Source: Cyanophora paradoxa CCMP329
Lineage: Eukaryota; Plantae; Glaucophyta
DNA: 64,000 bases
Assembly: GCA_004431415.1 (NCBI GenBank)
Contig: QPMI01000470.1
Location: forward strand, 310,001-374,000
Reading direction: 5' to 3'
Positions 1 through 10,000 of the stretch are shown here, piece by piece. Under the pieces are notes generated by a model. The model saw only the letters and a list, made by a program, of their open reading frames with translations. It was not told the origin of the DNA and did no database searches. Within the stretch, counting starts at the first letter, position 1. Each line of letters opens with the position of its first letter. Both the position numbers and the translations under genes were made by a program.

Positions 1-3000
1 CGCCTGGGGTTCTTCGGGGGCGGCCGCGGCGGCGCCCCGTGTAGCTCCCGCGCCCGCCGGGGGCCGGCTCGGCCCGCGGGGGCTCCTGGGCGGCCGCGGC
101 GAGGCGCCGCAGGACCTCCTCGGCCGTCGTCGTCACGTCGACCGCGCCGCCCGTCGCGCGGTACTCCACCTCCACGGCCGCCCTCGGGTACGAGTAGTCG
201 TCCGGCCCGCCCTCGTTCGACGGCGTCCAGAGCGCGCCGAACCGCCGCAGGATGACAAAGCGGTTCTCCTGCTGCCCGGAGGCGAGGCCCACCGTCGCCG
301 TCAGCCGCGCAAAGACCGTCGACGGTAGGAGGTCCCCGCGCCGCGTCGCCATCGCCGCCACGACCGTCCGCGCAGGCATCGGGCTCGGCGTGATCAGGCG
401 GATGTGCCAGGGCGCCGGCGGCGGCGGCATCTCCCCCTCGCGCCCCTCGCGGCGCCCGCCCGGGGAGGAGCGACTCCCGCGCGGCCGGCCGCGCCCCCGC
501 TTCGGCGCGGCGGCCACCTCCTCCGGCGCCGCCGCCTCCACCGCCTCTGCCGCCGGAGCGGCCGCCGGCGCGGGCACCGGCACCGCCGCGGGCGGCGGCT
601 CCCTCGGCGTGAGCTGCAGCGCCCTGCGGAGCGCCTTCCGGGGGCGGGTCGCACGGCGGCCGCCGCCGCTGCCCTCTGCCTCCTCCACCTCCTCCCTGTC
701 GCTCCGGCCGCGCGCCGCCGGCTTGCGCGGGGAGCAGCGGTGCCGCTCCTTGCCCCTCGTCGTCCCGAAGATGCGGCAGCACTCGGGGCACCAGCGCCCC
801 TCGGCCCGGGCCAGCTCGCGCTCGACGCGCATGCCCTCTTTCGGCTCGTCCGAGCTCTCGTCCGAGCTCCCGCCGTCCTCGCCTTCGTCGGACCCGCCGC
901 CGCCGCCGCCGCCGCCAGGGGCGCCGCCGCGCGCCTCGCCCGCGGCGTCCTGGTCCTCGCCTCCCGACTCGCTCCCTTTCTCGTCCTCCGTCCCCTCCTC
1001 CTCCTCCTCCTCCTCCTCCTCCTCATCGTCGGTCCCGGCGCGCTCCGCCCGCTTGGCTCCCTCCAGGGCCGCCCGCCCCGGCCCCTCCAGCGCCCGGATC
1101 GACGGTCCCTCGTGCTCGGCGGCGGCGCGCTCCAGCCACGCCAGCGCGGCGCACGCCTGCGCGGCGGCGCGTCGGAGGCGCGCGGGGCGGCAGCGCGCAG
1201 CGACGGGGGCGGGGCGGGGCGCGGGCGGCGCACCTCGCGCTGCGTCCTGTGGCAGTCGTAGTGCATCGTGGCGGTCTTCGGCGTGTGCTGGAGGAGCCGC
1301 GCCGTCCCCTCGATCACGCTGGTGGCGACGTCCCCCTCGATCCGCCCCTTGGCCGCCTGATCGCGCACCCAGGTCGTCACCACGGCGCGCATCGTCCTCG
1401 GCGGGACCGGCACGCCCGTCCAGCGGCAAAAGGCCTGCGCCCCCGCCGCCCCCACCGGTTCGCCTCGCGCCCTCCCCCGACCCCGCGCCGCCTCACCTCC
1501 TTGGCAAACGCCGTCCAGGAGCCGCGGCGAAAGGGCTCGCCGGCCGACGTGAAGAAGATGTACCCCTGGTCCTTGGCGCCCTCCCGGAGCAGGTGCCGGC
1601 GGTAGTTTTCCACGTACTCGGTCAGCGGTTCCTGACGCGCCGCGCGGCAGGTCTTTCTGCGGACGCGGGGCGGGGGGGCGGCGGGGGCGGGCGCGGGGCG
1701 CACCTGGAGCTGCTCGGCCACCGGCACGACCACGGCCCCGTGCCGCTTCTGCGGGCCCCATCGCCGGCGCGGGGGGGCGCGGGGGGTACCCCCTCTTCGC
1801 GCGCACCGCCGTCTTGTGGGTGAGGGCCCCCTCGCTCGGCCCGTCCTGGATCCGCATGCTCAGGATCGACATGTTCCACCGACCGTTGTCCTTGCGCAGG
1901 GTGTCGCCGATCTTCAGGTGCTGGAGGAGGCCCGGCCGCGCCGGGCTGATCGAGAGGAAGCCGAGGAGAAGGCAGTCCCGCAGGTGCTTTGCCTTTTGCC
2001 GCGGCTTCTCCTCGGCGTCGAACGCCTCGTAGGCGTCGGCCCGCCCCCGGAGGACGCGCTCGAACTCGACGCAGTTCGTCCGCTGCCGCCACTTCTTCTC
2101 CGTCTTGGACTCGGCGAGGAGCTGGTTCTGCGCGGTGCGCGGTGCGCGTCGGACCCGGCGCAGCGAGCCGGGAGCGGGCGGGGCGGATCGGCTCACCCGC
2201 AGGTTCCGCAGGGCCTGCCCGTGGGGCCCGTCGCTTCCGGCAGAGGCGCCGCCCCTCACGGCGACAAAGGCGGCGAGATTGATCAGGGTCGAGGCATAGC
2301 TGACGAGCGTGCCCGGCTTCGTCCCGCGCTCCTCCCGCAGGAACCTGCGGCCCGGCCGGCGGTGGGCGCGCCCCCGTGCCCCGCGCCGCGCCCGCGCCCC
2401 GCCCCGCAGCCCCGCCCCGCCCCGCCTCACCTGAAGAAGCGCAGGACGATCTCCACGGCGTCGAGGCGGCCCATCACGTCGAGGGTGAGCTCGCCCTCCA
2501 GCCCCTCGCGCATGCGGACGTAGCCCAGCAGCCGCTGAATGATGCCCAGGTCGTTCTGGAGGCTCGAGTTTTCGATGGCGTTGCCCTTGCGCGAGGCGTT
2601 GAGCGGAGCCTGCCTCCACTCGCGGTACGCCGCCATCTGGTGCCGCAGCGCCCGGCCAAACTCGCCCTCGCTCAGGGCGTACGGCTGCCGCGACTCGGCG
2701 CCGGCGCCGGGGGGCGAGGCGGCCTTCTGCACGGCCAGCGCCACCGGCACGGGCGGCGAGGCGACCCCGCGAAAGGCGGGCGAGGCGGCGCGGTCGATGG
2801 GCGTCAGCGGGCGCCCGTCGGCGTCGCAGGAGCCGGCGGCGCTCGCGGCCTCGCTCCCCGCCCCGTCGCCCTCGGCCTCGCTCTCGCTGGACGCCGAGCT
2901 GGAGGACGAGGAGGACGAGGCGGCCGCGGCGGCGGCCGCCGCCTCGATCGCCCCCGGCGCGCGGCTCGACGCCGGCAGCGCCACGGCCCAGCTGTCGACG

Positions 3001-4986
3001 TCCTCGTCGATCTCGAAGAGGCGAAGGTCGCTCGTGTCCACGATCGCCGACTCCAGCAGCGTCCGGTACGCCTTTCGCCTGCGCATCGGGGGGTAGGGGA
3101 GGGGGGGTCGGCACGGGGGCGACGGGCGGCGCAGGGCGGCGCAGGGCGGCGCAGGGCGGCGGCGGGCGGCGGTGGGCCGGCGAGATCGACGCGCCTCTCG
3201 GCGATGAAGCGTGCGTTCTTCGTGCCGAACCCGCCCTTGTCCGCCTCGCCGCTCTTCAGGAAGCCGATGCTGCCGTCGTTCAGGTACTCGTGCCAGGAGT
3301 ACTGCGTGGCGGCCTCCAGCGCGACGCTCTCCCCGAACCAGAGCGCCCAGATCCCTGGTGCGCGCGCCCCCGGTCGGCGGCGGCGGGCCGCGGGGGCGGG
3401 GCGCGACCGACGGACCGCAGCTGTGCCCGTCCACCTGGAGGCGCTCGGGCAGCTCCGTCACCCAGGCGAACGTGGGGAGGGCCTTGGTGGCCGCCCGCTT
3501 CAGCCGCGGGTCCGGCGGCGCTCCGAGCGAGTCAAAGTAGCGGCACCGCCTGCTCGAAAGGTTCGCGGCGGGGCGGGCGGCGGGGGGCGGCGCGGGGGGC
3601 GTGGCGGTTCGCTATAGGGGGCGGGGCCCCGCGCGCACCGGCTCTCGCCGTCGAGGGCGAGGGTGATCCAGTGGCCGCGCGTCGTCCACATCTTGAGCGT
3701 GCCGCCCGGGACCCCGCCGATGCGCACAAAGCATAGGAGGAGGCCGCCGTTGACGGCGTGCCATAGGTTGCGCCGCTTCCGCTTCTCCTCGCTCATCCCC
3801 GCGTACCGCCGCAGGAGCGAGACGACCGTGTCGATGCTGGCGGGGTACAGCGCCTTTGTGAGCGCGTTGGGCTTCATGCGGTGCAGCAGGAGGGTCATCA
3901 CGTTGGCCATCATGCTGTCCTGCCGGCCCGGCGCGAGGTGAGCGCGGGCGTGGGGGCGGGCGGGTGCGCGCGCGGGCACGGGCGCGGGCGCGGGCGCCGC
4001 GGAGCGCGGGGGAGGGGGTGGGGGCGGCGCGCCGTGAGCCACTCCTCCCGCGAGAAGATGGCGAGCCGCCGCGCCGGCTGAGGCTCGGGCACCATCAGGT
4101 CGATCTCCGCGGGGTCCATGCCGCGGACGGCGAGCGAGGCGCGCTTGAACGCGAGAGCAAAGGCCGGGTCGCGGTCGGGGAGCTTGGCGATGAGCTGCTC
4201 CGTCCCCTCGAGGCTCAGGAAGGACCAGCTGCGGGCCGAGCCCAGGTTCTCCTGCCCCGCCTCGCCGGCCAGGCCGAGGAACGTGATGAGCGTGCGCGCC
4301 AGGACGGAGAACCGCGCGGAGCCCAGCGTCTTCGTCGTCGCCACCCAGCGGTGCGGGCTCCCCTCGCCGAGGTTCGGGTGGCGCCTCCCGATCTCCTGGC
4401 GCACGCTGACCGTGTTCCTCGGGTTCCCGTAGATGCACTCGGCGATGCTGGCGATCGGGCAGTACCACGGCGAGAGCTCCGGGACCTCGATGCGCTTGAC
4501 CTTGAACGCGAAGAAGCGGGCGCCGTCGACGTGCAGCACCTTGACGTCGCAGCGCTCAAAGTCCTCTGGCAGTCGCCGCTCGATCGCGCTGGTGAGGTCC
4601 CTGTAGCAGTCCCGCAGGTTGGTGCTCTCCGACCCCTCCCAGCAGAGCGATGCGAGCTCCTCGACCTGGCCGAGGGCGAGGACGCGCGGCGGGTTCTCCG
4701 TCGGGTGCAGCCGCCCCCGCGGCACGATGCGCAGCATCTCCCACAGGAGGATCAGGGCGTCCGTCTGCGGGCCGCTGATCGGGCGCGAGGCGAGGCCGTG
4801 CGGTCCGGTGAGCTGCTTCCTCGCCTCCTCGGCCTCTGCGGGGGGCCCGCTCCCGAAGATTCGCTGAAGCTGCGGCAGGGCGACGGCGGGGCCGGCATCG
4901 GTCCTGAAGACGAGGATGCGCTCGGGCCCCCCGTATGCGTCGAAGACGATCTTTTCCCACGCGTCCCGCACAAAGGCGAGGGACAT
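1..4986 (-). CDS. Multi-exon tyrosine recombinase gene (Crypton-like or domesticated YR) with putative N-terminal DNA-binding modules; 3' end runs off the window
   Basis: Splicing short GT-AG introns gives CLLLGFLSISPARPG...LTHKTA|KRHGAVVVPV...LQ|EPLTEYVENYRRHLL...YIFFTSAGEPF...KE|AFCRWTGVPVPPRTMRAVVTTW...ARLLQHTPKTATMHYD. This is the R-K-(H/R)xxR-H-Y order of tyrosine recombinases. A helical core-binding-like region lies upstream (PYALSEGEF...IQRLLGYV...RFLREERGTKPGTL). The first exon starts at ATG 4986. Confidence 0.75.
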
Positions 4987-5219
4987 CCGTCGCCCGCCGC
5001 GCCGGGCGCGGCCGTCTCGTTCTCGCTCGGGAGATCGGGGGCGGGTGATCGTGGTGTATTTATGCGTCTCGGGGGGTTTTTGTTTTTGGCAGTTGGTCGG
5101 TGGCGAGTTTTTAGAGATGTTTCACTTCTCGTTGTAGTTCTGTCCACCTTGTACTATATTTCTGTCCCGTCGCATTTTGAATTTTGTTTTGCTGTACCAC
5201 CCCTTGTAGGCCCACCCCT

Positions 5220-5813
5220 CTGCCTCCCATCATTCCCTTGCATTCCTCTCTTCATTCCATTTCTAAATGTATGAGAGAGTAAGGAGCATTCCGTGCGTTC
5301 CCGGCGTTCCGTCCCTCTTGTCCTCCGGCGGACAGCGAAGAGCATCCACGGGCGCCGGCGGCGTGTGAGATTTAATGCTGCGGCACGGGCCGGGGGCCGG
5401 GGCCAGAAGTAGGTCTGGAACGCTGGAACGCGGAACGCGGCAGGGGGTACGGGGCGAGAGAAGCCCTAGGCCTACCGCTGAAAGCGCCGGCGGAGCGTGT
5501 TGCATTTTAGCACGTCTTCACCGTTTTTACAATGTGCACTTATATAATTAAGCTTCAGTACCCGCGGTCGAAGTCCACGCCACTGCAGCTGCCTCTCATC
5601 ATTCCCTTTGCATTCCTCTCTTCATTCCATTTCTAAATGTATTAGAAAGTATGGAGCGTTCCGTGCATTCCAGCGTTCCGCCCCCCTTGCCTCCCGGCGG
5701 CCCCGCAAGTGCACTCACAGGCGCCGGCGGCGTCGATTTTTGTGTGCGGCGACGCAGGGCCGGGGCGGGAGGTAGGTCTGGAACGCCGGAATGTGGAACG
5801 CGGCAGGGGGTAC
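5220..5813. repeat. Two diverged ~230-bp direct repeats (5220-5450, 5589-5813), each with internal inverted repeats
   Basis: Both copies begin ctgcctc..catcattcccttgcattcctctcttcattccatttctaaatgtat and end gtaggtctggaacgc..ggaacgcggcagggggtac. Internal arms are gcgttcc(c)ggcgttcc and ggaacgctggaacgc. Confidence 0.85.
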
Positions 5814-6337
5814 AGCGCTCACAACCCGGCGCCCACCTCAACACGGGGGGTACAGGCCCAGAAGCTGACTCGAGCTCAGTGATGAATCTTAGCCCGCCAC
5901 CATGATCAAGAAGATCGATATTGGACTGACTTCAGCTACAAGAGTTGAGCTATATCTAATTAGTACTTGCGATCGATATGTACGAGTATACGTGCCACCT
6001 AACTTATATATACTTTATGATTATATATACTATGATACTCATGATCATGATCATGATCACTGACATCTTAGCTTCGAGAATACATGACACGAAAGCTTCG
6101 AATTCTCTTTTTTTCAAGCGTCACGATCAAGGTTTTAATTTGGCTTGTTATATATAAGATTATAAGATCGCGATATCATACATAGAAGCGATTAAATATC
6201 TAAATCTAGACCTGTATACGTATATATACGTACATGCGCATGCCGCAGTGCGTACATGTTCCGGTTCATGATCAATTACATAATTGTTTATGATCATGAA
6301 CGTGAAAAAGGGTTGAGAGGTCATGCCATGATCATAA

Positions 6338-6787
6338 TCACTGAGTCAGCGGCCTCTTACGCTTACCCGGACTGTAGCTTTTCGGTAGAGTCGACTTTCT
6401 TACTTTCGAAGTTCCCGACGCCGAGGACTCTGCGCTTGCCAGATCCCATGCGCCGACGATAGCGGATACGGGGGCCCTTGCTGCAAGGCGACCGCTGCAC
6501 GCGAGAAGGTTCGGGGCCCCGAGATAATCGGCGAATACGGCAACCTTGGCCAGCGCCACGAGCTTTGCTAGAGAGTCGTCTGCTGTATCTGAAGGCTCGA
6601 ATAATGACGCTGTGGGAGGGGCTCGAAGGGCGAAGAAGGCACTCCGTAGCGTCTCCGAAGTAAATGGAAGCGGCACGGGAGAAGTGTCGGCGTCACTGCA
6701 AGCTTGCGCATCCTGCAGGACGCTGCTGTCGGCGAGGAGAGCGGGATCGCAATCAAAGACTTCGCCGTCGACGCTGACAAGCAGCAT
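6338..6787 (-). CDS. Skp1/BTB-POZ-like small protein (divergent, possibly degenerate)
   Basis: MLLVSVDGEVFDCD...SSVLQD...PVPLPFTSETL...AVFADYLGAPNLL parallels Skp1 LxSSDGExFxV...S..I...VPLPNV....L...AANYLNIKxLL. Confidence 0.55.
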   Translation of the reverse strand: MLLVSVDGEVFDCDPALLADSSVLQDAQACSDADTSPVPLPFTSETLRSAFFALRAPPTASLFEPSDTADDSLAKLVALAKVAVFADYLGAPNLLACSGRLAARAPVSAIVGAWDLASAESSASGTSKVRKSTLPKSYSPGKRKRPLTQ

Positions 6788-7032
6788 GTAAAAAGCTCAA
6801 AGATTTTTGCTAATCCGAGATCTAGAATGAAAGATGAATTCGAAAACTATATTTTAATAACGATTCGAGAGGTTCTATATGCAGGTACTGCGGTGTACGT
6901 GTCGTTGCGAACGCAAGCTAAGCGCGAGCGACACTGCAAAACTTCATCACAGCGGGCCGGGGTCAGGCGGGCCCGTTTTGAGAAGCCGCCGGGCGCAGCC
7001 GCCGGTGGACTCCATTACGTTGTGCAATCGAA

Positions 7033-10000
7033 TTAATGCTTATCCAACGGCAACCGCTTGCTTCTGCAGCAAGGGCGGCTCGCCAGACCAATCCCCCCGA
7101 CCACCCTAGCCCGCCGGCGCCAGGGCCTCCGAGGGTGACTTCGCTCGCGCCGAGCTAGCCCATTACCTCGCCTCTGTGCCAGCTCCCCGCGGGATGCGTG
7201 CCAGGCTCCAGGGCGCGCTCCGAGCCGCGGCCCCCTCTCCAGGTACGGATCCGGACCGGGGGCCGGGATAGGGGATACTCGGTCCGCGAGAAACTGGAGC
7301 ACTGCGCGTGTAGCTGCTGCTTCCAGCATTGCAACGAGGCGTTCAGTTTCTCGCCAATCGCTCTTCCAGATTTAACCAGACGGAACCGACCAGATAGCTA
7401 CATTGCCCGTAAGGTCGTCGCAGGGAAAGTCGAACGCCACCGTAAACAGCACCGCATCCGCAGACTGATCTGCTCCAGCAGCCCCCTTGGATGTCGAAGA
7501 GCTCGAGGTCGCTATCTCCGCCAATTCCTCGTCTGAGAGTAAATACGCCAGCGGAATTTCGGACGTGCCTGCAGATGTATCGTTCGCGCCTGCAGATATG
7601 TCTGATGCAGGATCAACGTTTGTGTGAGCAATTGATATTGCAATTGTAATTTGCATTTAATTGGCAGGACTGATTTATCAGACGCGGGCCGGGCCGAAGT
7701 CATGGCGCACCAATGGCAATTAGCGTCCGCACGAACGCGCGATCCAACGGAAAAGACTCGGGAATACCGCGCCAGCTCTGCTGCACGCTCACGCCGAACT
7801 CCATTGCAGGGGAGAGGCCCGTTGCGTTCCAGGAATTGGATGTTATATCTTGCCATGAAAAGCGCAGCCCGTCCCTGCCTATGAGCACGACTGTGAAGTT
7901 GGGGGCTGCCCAGCCCGACTGAAAGACAAGTGCCTGCTCGGGTGATCCCGACTGAGCTTCGAATGCTTCCCGAGCGAACTCAAACGACACTGCGCAAGTG
8001 TGAATTTCGAAGCGAACTCGAGCAAACTTCATACATAAATATAATCAAGTAAATGAAAGGCAAGCGAACCCCAGGAGAGAAGAACCCATGAAGGACCTTT
8101 CGAAACTATACGCACGCCATACTTCTGATCATACGATGTGCCTGCGCGCACGAAACATGCTGACAGAATTAATAAATGCGTGCATGCGGGCTTAATTATA
8201 TAATTATAATTATATGCACGTAGCACTGCAGGCATGCGCACGAGGAAATTGGCATGTTGTAGAAACGGAGGGCAGGGATTTTCGATTTTGCACTGAGTTC
8301 GAGCCTTCGTGAAGAACGACGCGAAGAAGGTAAAGTTGCCCTGCCTGCAGTTGCTGATCTTGTGCTCGCATAATGAAAGCGCCCGTGGCTGCCGAGAGGC
8401 CTAGGCTCCCTGACAGCCACTTGGCGGCTTCCGCCGGAAGTTGTGCCAACGTCGACTTCGCGGCAGCTGCATTATTATAATTATGGTACTCGAATGCACC
8501 TATAGCAAATGCAGAACAGCCGTCCACAGGTCCGGCGGTGTGCCACGTTACACCAACGACGTCAATGCCCATTAAACGGGCCTCCAGCTTCCCTACCGTG
8601 CAATCTATAGATGGATCAGACGTACGGCTACTTGAAACGTATGCTATCGCGATCGGCACTTACCGGCGCTAGATCCTAGCCCTAATGGATTCATTATCGG
8701 CGTCGGGATGACAGTCGGCGAAGGGATCTGTGACAGTCCTGGGCTTAAGCTTGGTGAAGGGGTACTGTCCTGAATAACCAGTGCGGTGGGCGACGGGCTC
8801 GCAGTCGGCGACGGGCTCGCGATGGGCGATGGGCTCGCGGTGGGCGATGGGCTCACAGTAGGTGACGGGCTCGCGGTTGGCGACGTGCTCGTGCTCGGCG
8901 ATGGGCTCGCAGTAGCTGACGGGCTCGCGGTGGGTGATGGGCTCGCAATCACCGACGGGCTCGTGCTTGGCTTCGGGCTCGTGGTGGGCGACGGGCTTGC
9001 AGTGAGCGACGGGCTCGTGGTGGGCGACGGGCTCGCAGTAGCTGACGGGCTCGCGGTGGGTGATGGGCTCGCAATCGCCGACGGGCTCGTGCTCGGCGAC
9101 GGGCTCGTGGTGGGCGACGGGCTCGCGGTAGGCGACGGGCTCACGCTCAGCGACGGGCTCGCAGTGGGCGACGGGCTCGCAGTGGGCGTCAGGCTCGCAG
9201 TGGGCGACGGGCTCGCAGTGGGCGACGGGCTCGTGGTGGGCGACGGGCTTGCAGTGGGCGACGGGCTCGCGGTGGGCGACGGGCTCGCGGTGGGCGACGG
9301 GCTTGCAGTGGGCGACGGGCTCACGGTGGGCGACGGGCTCGCAGTGGGCGACGAGCTCGCGCTCAGCGACGGGCTCGCGGTGGGCGACGGGCTTGCAGTT
9401 GGCGACGGGCTCGCAGTGGGCGACGGGCTCGCGGTAGGCGAAGGGCTCGCGCTCGCGATCGGCGACGGGCTGGCAGTCGCCGATGGGCTTTCAGTTGGTG
9501 ACGGGCTCGCAGTGGGCGACGGGCTCGCAGTGGGCGTCAGGCTCGCAGTGGGCGACGGGCTTGCAGTGGGCGACGAGCTCGCGCTCAGCGACGGGCTCGC
9601 GGTGGGCGACGGGCTTGCAGTGGGCGACGGGCTCGTGGCCATGGTGGGCGACAGGCTTGCAGTGGGCGACGAGCTCGCGCTCAGCGACGGGCTCGCGGTG
9701 GGCGACGGGCTCGCAGTGGGCGACGGGCTCGCGGTAGGCGACGGGCTCGCGCTCGGCGACGGACTGGCAGTCGCCGACGGGCTTGCGGAGGGCGACGGGC
9801 TCGCGGTGGGCGACGGGCTCGCAGTTGCTGATTGGCTTGCGGTGGGCGACGGGCTCGTGCTCGGCGACGGGCTGGCAGTCGCCGACGGGCTTGCGGTGGG
9901 CGACGGGCTCGCGGTGGGCGACGGGCTCGCGGTGGGCGACGGGCTCGCGCTCGGCGACGGGCTGGCCGTCGCCGACGGGCTCGCAGTGGGCGACGGGCTC

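Noticed and set aside
252-3736. Numerous long overlapping Arg/Pro/Ala-rich ORFs (also at 38-64 kb)
   Set aside because: These are expected in very GC-rich DNA. The real genes are spliced and use only parts of these frames.
1-5813. DIRS-type retrotransposon interpretation of the YR gene
   Set aside because: No RT/RNase H or gag is visible and the gene is intron-rich. Sequence left of the window is unseen, so this is not fully excluded.
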